From Podarcis vaucheri (Eukaryota): DNA of 64,000 nt. The DNA is taken from assembly GCA_965113315.1 (NCBI GenBank), contig OZ220382.1. The stretch is one strand, 5' to 3'. The notes under the pieces are model-generated. The model made no database searches, was not told where the DNA came from, and saw nothing but the letters and a program-made list of their open reading frames with translations. The translations under genes were made by a program, and so were the position numbers. This document shows positions 24,701 to 36,742 of this stretch, one piece after another (the stretch's first letter is position 1; every line of letters starts with the position of its first letter).

Positions 24701-25227
24701 GCACACACATCCCATGTGCATTTGCATATATACACACACACACAGCCTGGGAGCCTCATTGACGCTCCAGGGCAAAAAGGCTCTGCAAGGTTGTATAACC
24801 TCCCTGCAAACAAATAAGAATAAACAATAAATAGCCAGCATTGCCCAGTTTGCAACCTTTGTGCACGCAAATCAGTTCAAATGTGCAAGGGACAGGTGAT
24901 TTGAAAGCAATCAAAAGAGAACATCGCGCATATTAAACCACTTTGAGTTGTTGTTTTTTTAATCATCAAGTGGTGTATAAATTTTCTGAAACAAATATAC
25001 AAATGCTAAGGGCAAATGACTCCTCCTAGAAGTTTCACCACCCTCCACCCTGTCAAACCTATTGGGCTGGGTTGGTGGCCTGGATTTTCTTGTCCATCAA
25101 GATGATGAGGAGGGTTTTAGCCGCTGGAAGGTGCTTTGGAAGCAGGACTCAGCTACCTCCATTCTGGTGTCACTTGGTTGCAACTGTCGGTTTGTTCTAG
25201 GTTTTACCTGTGTTTTGTTTCTGTCTT

Positions 25228-25260
<33 letters not shown>

Positions 25261-28200
25261 TTGTTTGTTCGTTTGCTTGCCTGCTTTTTAAACCTGAAAG
25301 ATTCTCAACCAACATTTCCTGCTGCAACTGATTTGAGTGGCTACTGAAGAGAAGAAAGGAAAAGACAAAAGAGGGTGGTGCAAAGAAAGGGGAGAGGAGA
25401 GGCAATGTTATTGCTGGGACTGCACATGTTTTCAAGGAAATGTCCATTTCTAACAACTAAGGACAGTCAGACAGAGAGACTCAAATAACTTGAGGGCTTT
25501 ATAATATGTTGGGCACAAATCTCATGAAATATTATCTTGTGCAAGTCTTCCGGAGATAGCTCAGAGGGGAGTCAGAGAATTGGGTTCATTGTCTAATCCA
25601 GGGTTGGCCAACATGCTGCCCTCCATCCCTGGCTGTTTGCTATGCTGACTACAGCTGGTGGGAGTTGGAGTCCAATAACGTTTGCCAATTTCGGTTTGCC
25701 CTGATTCCTTTTTCCCTTATGCTTTGTAGTACTTCATAGGCATCTGCCTTTTCCCTTGGTATGTCTGTCATTTGTGTGTGTGTGGGAGGGGGGGGTTACT
25801 TTAATTTCTCCCAAGATGTTTTTGAGGGCAAAGAAATTGCATCTCTCCCCCTAACCCAGTCCACACTGATCAGACTGTATTTGATACAACTTCCAGTGTT
25901 TCACAGCTCTCCTAACCGCACGGACTAAATTCAAAAGAACAACAGCACACACAAAAAAAAGAAGAATGCAAAAGAAGGCGGCTGCTAAAATGATTAGACA
26001 GATGATCCCAGTTCTTGGGGAAAACATCAATGTTTTCTCATTAAGAAAAAAAAATCATTTACTGGATAGGTAGTGCAGGATTAGCAGAACAGCTAGGTCA
26101 GCCACAGATTGCAAAGTTTGTGGGGGATGTGGGGCACCATCTCTGTCTGCCTTTGGACTTTCTATACAGGACTGGGCTGCCATGAAATTTGCTGCATGTA
26201 TAGCATGATTAATACCTTAACATTCTAATATATGTGTGTGTGATATATGCAGTATACTAATTCTAACAGTATAATATGTGTTGTTTTACAGGAGGGATGA
26301 GGAGACTCTCTTTCCTGATGTTGCTGGACTCCAACTCCCTTCATTCCTGAGCACTAGCCCTGCTGACTATAGCTGCTGGGAGTTGGAGTCCAATAATACC
26401 TATAGATTCACCAGTTTCCCCATCCCTGATATAGACAATAATGATGGATCTCAAATCTTACCTCTGCCGTGAATTCACTAGGTCTGAGGAGGAACTGAGG
26501 AGGTCTTCCAGATTGCATTGAACTGCACATCCCATTATCCATGACCATTGACCATGCTGGCTGGGGCAAATGGGAGTTGAGAGTCCAGCAACATCTGGAG
26601 GAGTTATTGTTCCCCGTCCCTATTTTACCACACACACTTTCACAGCTCCATCCCTTGTCCACCCCATAGTCCAAGGCCATTTCTAGAATCAGTGTTCCTC
26701 TTACTTCCTCAAGCATGATCTTGCTGATCATGGAAGTCATGTTGATCTGGACAGCATTTACTACCAATGCATGATGTTGGTTAGGTTAGGGGAGAGTAAT
26801 GCTCTTAACTGTGGGTGGTATGTGTTGCAAAGGATTGTGGGAGCAGCCACTAAGTGTTCCTGCTGATGAGTTTATACCCAGTATGGTAACTAGGAGACAA
26901 TTCTTCAAAATGTTCACTAGTCCTCAACATATCCCAAACCAGCTCCTTCTTCATTGCTCAGGTCACAAAACTGGAAAACAATTACACTGCCCTACTTGAC
27001 TCATATGTGACCAACATATATAAAGTACACCAAACAGTCACTGCTTGTACCACCCTAAGGATTTAGGAGAAGACAGGGCCAACCCAAAGCTTCTTCTAGA
27101 AGCAAAGGACAAAATGGTGCCCAGTCAGTACACATACAGGTTCCAGCTAGTTGATCTAAATTTCTGTGTTCATGTCTTCCACCATATCAGAGTGCTGAGG
27201 AGGTACAGAGCAGGCTAGCTTATGGAGAATTGTTGGATGGGACTTGTACCACCACCACCGCATCACCAGCATACACTACCGGAGGCAGCTCCCCCATTTC
27301 CTCATGCTTACTGAGGCAGATAGTAGCTATAGTTCAGCAACATCTGGAGGGCCAAAGGTTTCCCACCATTGGTGTAATGATAATGGCCCAGTATAGGCAG
27401 AGCAGCCTAATGTTTTTGCAGCACAAACAGAGAAGTGTCTCAATTTTGCTGCACAACTGGACCAAGGCCAATTTGCTCTCCCTGGCTCATCCCTTCTCCA
27501 GCCTAGGAACAGGAGGTCCTGGTACAATCAGGCAGACTCTTCCTTGGGAGTGGGGCCTCTTTGTTTCCCAAGTTCTGCAAAAGTGGAAATTTTTGGCCTG
27601 TGTGTCAGGCAGGTATGAAAGAAGCTGCACTAGCTGATTTCAGACAGGGGACATAGCCAATCTTTTCTGGAGAGGCTGGGGGTTGAAACTGAGACTTGCA
27701 TTCAAAGCATATACTCTTCCAATAAGATAAGGCCCTTTCGCTAACAGCATAACAAGGTATATTTTCATTACCCATTCCATAGCACCTACCTTTGTCCCAA
27801 GTCAAAGCTTTTCCTAGAACCAGAGATCACCTCTTTGTATCAAGCTTCCATGTGTGTTGGGAAAAAGGTGCAAATCACTAGCAGTGGCTGAAATATACCC
27901 TTACTGTTGCTGCTTCAAGAGAAAAACAGACTTGCAAAGTGTTAGCAGGTTTGAGTCATGTGTTCCTGTGCTTCCAAACAGTTAAAATGGCAGATTTCTC
28001 CATTCTGTAGAGCTTTGTGTACACTCACATGGAAAGCTGCAGACATTTGCACAACCTGACAGTAGAAATGGGTTGGCAAGACAAATGAATGCATAACTAA
28101 CACTGACCAGACTAGTCATGCTGCTTTCACATAGCTAGCCCCTGCCCTGAGTGCTAAGTGGTTGCGTGTTTGAGAAGAGGTAGAATGTAGCTGACCTAGA

Positions 28201-28851
28201 AACCCACCTAGTGGCTGGATCTTTTTGGCCCCCTAAAGCTGGGAAAAGGCCAAAAGGAATGCTTGTGAAACACACGTTTCCCACCCCACTCATCTCAAAA
28301 CACACATTAGACCCCAAAGGCAGAGAAGGGGCAAACAGAGCATATTTGCAGCCCACAGGAATGCCTGACACAGAGATAGTTCGAGAGCCCCAGTCCCAAA
28401 AATCACAGAGGCCTGCAAGTTATTTTGAACACAAGTGGGGAAATGTATGTCTCCTTCCCCCAACCCTCTAATATTGCTGGGACCATCAGTCCCAGTCAAT
28501 GTGGCCAATAGCCAGGGGTGATAGAAGCTGGAATGCCACAGGTTCTTCACACTGCCTTGGGGAAAAGTAGTGAGGCTTACATTTCAGCCTCTGGTTCAGG
28601 TTTCAAAAGTAGGTCTGAAGCCATCTTTCCTGCTTTGTTCTCCATCATTTCTCAATAAGGAGGTAAACAGTGTAATGTACCAAAGCCATACTCTGCTGAT
28701 TGTAGAACAAAAACACTTTGATGCGCACCATGATCCTGTGCCCTAAGCAGGTAACTCAGTGTTTTCAGAGCTGAAAGCATACCTGTGACTCAGATTTAGC
28801 AAGGGCAACTGAATGTACAGTCACGGGTGGTCACAGAGTAGGCCCTCCCAT

Positions 28852-28913
28852 ACACACACACACCACACCACACCACACCACACCACACCACACCACACCA
28901 CACCACACCACAC
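28852..28913. repeat. (CA)n followed by (CACAC)n pentanucleotide repeat
   Basis: Direct inspection. Confidence 0.93.
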
Positions 28914-30104
28914 TCTTATTGGGCTATCTGGAGGCCAACCAGCACTCTACCATCAACCCCTTTGCTGGATCTGGCTGATGGACTTAAGGGTTTAATTTTC
29001 ACCAGCAAGAGGAGCAAGAGGGATGGGAAATTGATTTGTGGGGTTTACAGCGCTTGAGCGCCTGGGACATAAACTGCTCCGACTGAAGTTATGGGTCTGT
29101 CTCTCTATTCCTTTGAAACAAAACACAAGTGTAAGGGGGGAGTAGACCCCATTTGCTGCTGCCTTCAAGAGAAGCAGAATACGTATTTTGAGCTATATCC
29201 GAATATAATATAGTAATATTTGCAAATAAAACTGTGATCTCTTCTAGTGCAACATATATAGATATAAATATATATATATTGATAGATAATATAATTATTC
29301 CTATTACCAACTGCTCCTCCATAATGATAAACCATATTATATCATTTTTTTATTGTTACAGTTATGATGGTTACACTTATTGGTGATTTTATTATGGAAT
29401 TTGTACTTTAGGCATCAGCTCCAAGTCAGTGTCAACCAATACTTATCCCCGCCCCCCCCAAAAAAAAAGTTAGATGGAACTATTTGCATAAGAGTTCTAC
29501 GGGTCTACTGTATAAGCGAGAAAGAGAGAGAGAAGTAAGAAGGAAATTGGAGGGACAAAACAAAAACACAGTTTAAACCTTATTTTGGTACCTCATGCCT
29601 GTACTTTTGCTGCTCCTGGTTATTTTACTTGTTCCGTTGCTGCGTTCGTTTGTTTTTAACAAATCTAATTTAAATCTCCAAGCAATATATAAAGATGTAA
29701 ATAGTAAAAAAAAAACCACCTTATTTATTAAGATTGTCATCTTTTTTAAGAAAAATTATATTTACACAATTGTTCATCTAATTTATTACCTTTTTAGTAG
29801 TACAGTTATTTTCTCTATGATTGTACTGGTGTTGTTGTTTTTTCCTGTTCAGGGTCTTTGTTTAAATGTCATTTTTTTTACAGGTCTGGTATTTGTTCAT
29901 TTTCAATTATTCTCTTCCTCCCCATACCCTCCCTCAGTTTTTCAGGTAACTGGTTATATTTCACATATCCAAATAATAATAATTTTTTCCCCATCATGCA
30001 TCAGCACTATTTTCCCATTGTCTTATTCCTGTATGTTAAAGTTATATATATGTGGTCTTTACCTGAGAAAACAAAGACTCAAAAGCAGCAGTATAAAAGC
30101 TTGT

Positions 30105-30110
30105 ATTAAA
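30105..30110 (+). terminator. Candidate distal polyadenylation signal (ATTAAA) of PAPPA
   Basis: TGTA immediately upstream and gatgttctttttattatt downstream. Lies at the end of the AU-rich block, after which transposon debris resumes. Confidence 0.5.
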
Positions 30111-30394
30111 AGAGTTCTGAACTTGATGGATGTTCTTTTTATTATTCCGATTCCAGTGACTTCAGCTTCCTTCCTTTCATGTACTGTTCCATGGGGCTAA
30201 GGAAATGAACAATTACTGCAGCACAATTGAGAAACAAACACCATTCACTTCCTACAGAGGAAAGATCTACTTCTCACCTATCTCACCTACCTAGGTCTCA
30301 GTAATACACACCAGGCTGGCTCCCTCATCTGTGATCAAGTTGCAAACGAGCAAGGTCTTATTATGAACCCACCTAGTGTGGTAGTCAGGCTACC

Positions 30395-31190
30395 TTCTTT
30401 TCTTTGGCAATCACTCAGTCTTCCATGAACACAGTCTTAACAGTGTGTCCATAAGTGATCAACACCTTCCAACGTTACACCATTAAGTTGGATTTGTGGT
30501 ACTGCAGAGGGGTTGTTTTGGGCTTGTTGGTGCAACACTTTGTTTTTTGGATATTGAGCGATAGTGCAAGCTTTCCATAAGCTTCTGTGAATATATTTAT
30601 AATGGTTTGGAGGTCATCCTCCGAGTGTGCACACACTATGTTGTGAACCACGCTGAGACATCCGGGTACAGGGCAATATATAAAATAAATAAATAAATAA
30701 GGTCAAAAGTAAAATTCCATTCTAGTTGCTGTTGCCAATTCCTTCTTTCCCAATAGTCCCTGGCCACAGATTGAAATCTCACCCAACTCTTGTGTTAAAA
30801 TCACCCAGGAGGATAATTTTATCCTCCAGATGTGTTTCTGATAGAATGGCATCCAACTGAGAATAAAAAAATTCTTTAATGTCTTCATCAGCATCCAGTG
30901 TTGCTGCATAAGCACTTAAAATAGTTGCCTGTTGGTTTTTGGTGAGTTTTATTCGAAGGGTTGAAAATTGCTCATTAATGCCAATAGGGACTTCTGACAA
31001 GAGCTTCACAAGGTCGTTTTTGATAGTGAAGCCTACTCCATGTAATCGTCGTTCTTGTCCAGTTAGACCTTTCCAGAAGAATGTATAGCCTCCTTTTTCA
31101 GTTGTCCCTCTCCTGCTCTTCGAGTTTCTTGAAGTGCTTCAATATCAATATTAAAATGCCACAACTCTCGTGCAATGATGGCAGTCCTGC
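30395..31190 (-). mobile_element. Fragmented RTE-clade LINE (APE endonuclease and RT pieces)
   Basis: Minus-strand APE peptide ATILSAYAATL...FYSQLDAILSE...IILLGDFNTRVG and RT peptide NIVCAHSEDDLQTIINIFTEAYGKLALSLNIQKTKVL (just after YADD), joined by large deletions. Confidence 0.8.
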
Positions 31191-31989
31191 ATTAGTATTC
31201 ACTGGATAAGGACAAATTCAGTATAGGAGATGGGTAGCATCCTCCACTGCATCTAAGAAGAGCCAGACTGCTGGATTAGGCCAAATAGCCCATCTAGTCC
31301 AGCATCATCTTCTCACAGTGACCAACCAGATGCCCAAAAGCAGGACATTGGCACATCAGCACTATTTCCAGAAGCTTGTACTCAGAGGCAAATATTGCCT
31401 GTGAAAGTGGAGGCAGAACCTACCATTGGCTGCTAGTCAAGAAGTGGTCCCAACAATCACATCAACAGGGCTTTGCTGCCATGGATAATCTTTTTTATGC
31501 CACCATCATTCTCCTTGCTCTTCCAAATTACCTGCATTGTATAGGTGGACACTGGCTAAAAAACTAAAAAAAATCTGCAGCTATTTTACCACACCTGACA
31601 ATGGTTCTGCAGATGTCCCACACCAGACACCTCATATACACTTTTCTTGTCATGGGTTTCTGTCTCCAGACCCAATTTTTCCCCTCCCTTCTTTCAAAAT
31701 GCTTGGGACAGCCCAAGATCTTTTGCTGCTTAAGATGAAGGACAAAGTGGCTTGACACACCTGCTGGCCCTTCTCCACATCTAGAAACTGACCAAAGTGA
31801 CACTGGACTCTTAAAAATTGAGTTGGAGTTCAAAAATATCTGGAAGGCCACTTAGTCCTGCAGACAATTTTTTTATCATGCTCATGAAGTACAGGGCAAC
31901 TTGGTTTCAAGAGAGAGAAGCACACATAAAGAGGGGAGGGGAGAAATCTCATTTCATTGGAATCAGCTGTGAATATCCACTCACCTGGA

Positions 31990-32750
31990 ACTCCGGATGG
32001 GCGGCCGTGGCCTCATGGCATGGCCATGGTGGGTTCAAGGAGGCTGCCATCTTCTGGTGCAACTAGGAGAGGTGATGGCTGCCACTGGCCACCTCCAGCT
32101 GCATCAGGTCCTCTGGTAAGGGCAGGAAGTGCCCATTTGCCAATCGGAGGCAAGGGCTTGGGGTCTGTGAGCAACCCACCTCTAGCTTATTTAAGAAGGT
32201 GGCCAGGTGTTGAATGCCCTCTTGGCCGATCAGTTTTCCATCCAGCCAGTCTTTAGGGGCCTGTCTGGGGAGGAGGGAAGTGGGCACATTGCCTACAGAC
32301 TGTGCTATGGTTTATTCAGTCACTGTATTTGGGGCCAAGGAGGAATTTTCTCCTGCAAGCAAATTGGCTGGGTTGCAGGTTTTTGCTTACCTCATAGAAA
32401 CTGTCACAACTCTGGTGGACAAGGCATTGGGCTGGATCCTTAGTTACAGGGGCACCCCGTTGGAGGGGTCCAGGAGGGGTGACTCTGTCCAGGAATCCAC
32501 TGGGGGACCGATGGGCCAATACACTTCTCCCAATGGTGGCTTGTACAGGGTTGTAGAATCCATTCCATGTTGGAAGTGACTCCCCAGCACAAGCTTGACC
32601 CCACCAGGTTCCTACAGGTAGCAGGGGGGTTGCCTGATGCTGGAGACATGCCCAGTGCCTTAGACAAACCCAGTCTTTCCTGTAATCAATAAAGTTGTGG
32701 CCCAATTCAACCCAATACCAGTGTCCTGTGTCATTCTTGTGGCCCTTCAT
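31990..32750 (+). repeat. Unclassified LTR-like repeat (possibly DIRS/Ngaro terminal repeat)
   Basis: Motif shared with the 1-610 element. Ends with caataaagttgtggcc...gtgtcattctt. Boundaries are approximate. Confidence 0.45.
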
Positions 32751-33401
32751 TCACCTGCCATTGCCATTATGCGCCTATGCTGGCAAATTCCCTTGAATTT
32801 TCATGCATAAAGTTTATTTCCTTGCTAAAACATCCAGTTCTTTCAGTCCTGACCTATAGATCAGGCTCTGGAAAAAGGCTAATAAAGTTTCCCAAAACCA
32901 CTACTGTGGGCTTTGCTGCACTGGAAGCATTGTTAAAATCCCCACCGTCTTTTCAAAAGGGTCAGGATTCTTTTTGTTTTTAATCTGAAATGCTAGCCGT
33001 CTTATTTCTGCAAATTCCAACTGCTCTTTCCATCACGTATTATGGCTCCAGCTCATGGAAGTGGCTATAAATGAGCTTTGCAGCCACAGTGGGGGGGAAA
33101 CATGGCTGGAGGGGAAAAGCAGAAGGGAATCCCTTTTATTCAATATCCCCCCCCCCAACCTCCAGAATTTAAAAACTCAAACTTTCCATCCAGCTACACA
33201 GAAACCTCAGTGTCTGGCTTTCTGCAGCCTCCATGGTGCAAGAAACTCTTAAAACTATGAGAAAAATTTGCTGGAGTTCAAGGATACTCCATGGAATTCC
33301 TTGTGCAACAGAATGTCTAGAAGGTGGCCACAGAGCTCTTGGTTGAATTCAATACCCAGTAGCCACATATGAAAGGAATAATCAAGGCTTTTGTTAACAA
33401 G

Positions 33402-33836
33402 TGTCAGACGTAGAGTATCCTCTCTTCCCCTGGTAGCCTCAGCGGCAAGAAGAATAAACAGTTCATATTTTGTGGCTTTTTTTCATTCATCTGGTTGCCA
33501 GACAAAAGATCCACGTCTCCATGCATAGGAGAGGTTGGCTACTCTGAGTCCCTCCTCTTCCGTCTCCCACAACATCCTGGAAACCTACGGGAAGTCACAG
33601 GAGTCACATCTCTCTGCATTCTTTGTTCTTGAATGCAGAGGGACCAGCAAGCCCTTGGAATAGAAGGGTCTCCCATACTCTCCAGGGAGGTCTCTGCTGT
33701 TTGCTCTCTAACCCCCCCCCCCCATTATCTTGTAACTAAGGATTTCCTCATTCAGCTGTACATCATCCCTGTCTCCCTCTCCTCCTTAAACTGCTGGAGA
33801 CGGGGACGGGGGGACTGTTCAGTCCAGTCCCTGATA
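33402..33836 (-). repeat. 3' LTR of the Gypsy element (~435 bp)
   Basis: Starts just after the PPT with TATCAGGGACTGGACTGAACAG, matching the 5' LTR start TGTCAGGGACTGGACTGAACAG at 36742. Ends in CTGACA at the TSD. Confidence 0.8.
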
Positions 33837-36742
33837 TCATCCCCCTCTCCATAATTTTCCTCCTCCTCACCTGTCTCCCTCCACCCCTTCAGTTTTGGTT
33901 CGTTGTGGTGGCTCTTATGAAACTCCCTTTGCAACTCCGGGGCACGAACATGTTATGCATATTCCCAAGACCTTTCTTCTGGCCCATACCCCTTCCATGC
34001 AACCAAGTACTGTAGTCTCTTCCATCTCAAGCGTGAGTCTAGAATCTGCTCTACTGCAAACTCCTCCTCTCCCTCTACCCGGACATGAGGTGGGGGTGCT
34101 TGCCTGGGCACTTGGTAGTGGTGTGCTGGCAGTACTGGGGACAGCACAGGCCTATGGAATACAGGGTGTATCTTCATTGAGGCTGGCAACCTGAGTCTGT
34201 TCAGATTGATCTGTTCTATCACTTCAAATGGCCTCACCCTCTGAGGATCCAGTTTCCTGCATCTACCTCTCTGGGGCAAATCTCTTGTAAACAGCCACAC
34301 CTGGTCCCCTATCTTTATCTCACTGCTTATTTGTCTATGGGCATCGGCTGTCCTCTTAGACAACTCCATAGCATAATCCAAACGTTCCCTTAGCAGGCTC
34401 TGTATGGCTGTTAACTCTTCTACGAAGTCTTTTGAAGATGGTACTGACACTATGTCAGTTTGGGAAGGGAAAGTATCTGGGTGCTACCCATAACTGGCAA
34501 AAAGGGGGTCTGTTGGGTTGAAGCATGAAGTACATTGTTGTACGTGAACTCTGCCAAGGGCAATTTGGACACCCAATCATCTTGTTGGTAGTTCACGTAA
34601 CGCTGGAGGTACTGCTCCAACATGGAGTTGGTCCTTTCCCCATTAGACTCTGGGTGTTGGGCTGAGGTGAGACACATTTTTACTTTGAGTAGTTGCACGA
34701 GCTTCTTCCAGAACTGTGAGGTGAATTGGGTTCTCCGATCCGAAATCACTTTAAGGGGGAGCCCGTGCAACTTGAACACAGGATCTACAAAAAGCTGTGC
34801 TGTCTCTTGTGCAGTCGGCAGTCCTCTACAGGGCACAAAGTGCGCCATTTTTGTGAATAGGCCTACCACTACCCAAATTACTCTCTGTCACTGTGGCTCA
34901 GGCAGATCAATGATGAAGTCCATAGCTATGGCTTTCCATGGTCCTTGTGGTGTGGGTAGTGGTTGGAGCAATCCTGCAGACACTTCCCTGAGCCTCTTTG
35001 CCTGCTGACAAATCTCACAGGCTCAGACGTATTCCTTGACATCCTCCTTCAACCTTGGCTACAAGAATTGCCTCATCACGTAGTGTCTTGTGCTGCCCAA
35101 AGTGTCCCGCTGTAGGGTTATGGCATTGACGTAGGATCTTGGCTAGGAGATCTCCCTCCAGAACATAGAGTGCTTCTCCTCTATACGGTAGCCCATCTTT
35201 CCCCACAAACCCCTCAGCATCACCTGCATCATTCCGCAGCACCTCTAACTTGTCTTTTGCAAAAGCATTCTCCCATGTCTTCAGCTGAAATTCAGATACT
35301 TCGACAACTGACCCTGCTGCCATCTGTAAATGCTCTGGTTTCAAATATGCCTATACACTGGAACTAGCTCAGCATCCTGATATTCCAGCCTCCTGGAAAA
35401 GGCGTCCACCCCTTGATTCTGACTGCCAGACACATAATGCACTCTAAAGTCAAATCTGGCAAAGAACTGCACCCAACGAATCTGCTGTTGATTGAGACGT
35501 TGCATCATCTGCCAATACTCCAAATTCTGATGGTCAGTGCGCACTTCCACTTGGTGTTGCACCCCCTCTGCTCAGGAAGGAGTCAGCTTCCTAAAGTGGA
35601 AAGCACAAGGGTGTAGGTTGCCATTCTGGTCCTCTTGCAGCAGTACCGCCCCTACTGCCCTGTCAGAGGCATCTGTTTCCACGACCAGTGGCCAGTGAGG
35701 GTCGCCATGTGCTAGGTATTCCTCTGAGGAGAACATGGTTTTGAGCTGCTCAAATGCCTGTAGCGCATCAGCTGTCCACTGAAACGACTTCTTACCCCTC
35801 AAGCAGTCCATGAGAGGCACCTTGAGTCTTGAATAGGCCAGCTCGAACTTGCAGTAGTAGTTGGCGAACCCCAGTAGTTGCTGCAGGTCTTTCTTCGTCT
35901 TGGGTTCCTGCCATGAAACTACGCTCTGCACCTTAGCTGGATCCAAGCACACCCCCTCTAGTGTGAGGCAGTAACCCAGGAAATCTACCACAGAAACATG
36001 GAACTGGCATTTCTCCAGCTTCACAAAAAGCCGGTGTTCTCTCAGCCTCTGCAGCACCTCTGCCACATGTTGCATGTGCTGTTCCTGGCTTTCAGAGTAA
36101 ATCAAAAATATCATCAAGATAACTGATCATGAACTTATCCACCAGGCCACTGAGAAAATGGTTAAGGGAGGCTTGAAACGCTGCTGTCCCCAACTGAAGA
36201 CCAGGTATTCAAAAATTCCATACCTGGTGCAGAACATTCTTTTCCACTTGTCTCCCTCCTTCACATGGATCAAGTTATAAGCCCCCCCTTAAGTCCAGCT
36301 TTGTGAAAATCTTCACTGACCTCAGCCTTTCTAATAAATCCCCAATATGTGGTAGGGGATAGCGATTGGGCACCATTAGGCTATTGATCTTTCAGTAGTC
36401 TGTGCATAATCTAAGTTCTGTGGTGTCCCTTTTCTTCATGAACAGCACTGGGGAACCTCCTGGTGCATTGGAAGGTCTGATGAAGCCCCTTGCCAGATTC
36501 TTCTCCAAAAACTCTCTCAAAGCCACCAGCTCTGTCTTGGATATTGAATAGAGGCAGCTTGTGGGTAGCCAAGCACCCGGCAGGAGATCTATCTTGCAGT
36601 CATAAGACCTATGGGGTGGCAATTTATCTGCTTCCTTCTCCTGAAACTGCTGGAGACTGGGAGGGCGAAACTTCCCACTCCTCCTCCTCCTCTTCTGAGA
36701 GGAGCCATTTCCCATTCCTCCTGTTCAGTCCAGTCCCTGACA
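33402..36742 (-). mobile_element. Degenerate, internally deleted Ty3/Gypsy chromovirus-type LTR retrotransposon
   Basis: Termini TGTCAG...CTGACA with 5-bp TSD ACAAG (33397-33401 and 36743-36747). Frameshifted pol remnants in Gypsy order: RT (LPPHRSYDC; YLDD at 36110-36121), RNase H (ETDASDRAVGAVL, TDHQNL), integrase (GHFG; HGLPLKVISDRRTQF) and chromodomain ([10 protein letters not shown]...[16 protein letters not shown]). PPT at 33841-33850. Confidence 0.92.

Larger units (their letters stand above)
21061..30130 (+). other. PAPPA: Probable long PAPPA 3' UTR (distal end inferred)
   Basis: Follows the stop codon. Contains repeat-poor blocks, a very AU-rich distal block (29.2-30.1 kb), and ATTAAA at 30105-30110 followed by GU/U-rich sequence. 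Earlier AATAAA hexamers at 24819, 24826 and ~29225 could be alternative sites. Mammalian PAPPA is known to have a multi-kb 3' UTR. Confidence 0.55.

Noticed and set aside
29595-30200. 201-aa hydrophobic ORF, the longest in the track
   Set aside because: It lies in the U-rich distal UTR block, where F/L/I/V richness follows from base composition. No recognisable domain.
33953-36715. Possible domesticated retrotransposon gene (PEG10/RTL-like)
   Set aside because: Multiple frameshifts, stops and deletions, gag absent, and LTRs and TSD still present. It is a decaying provirus.
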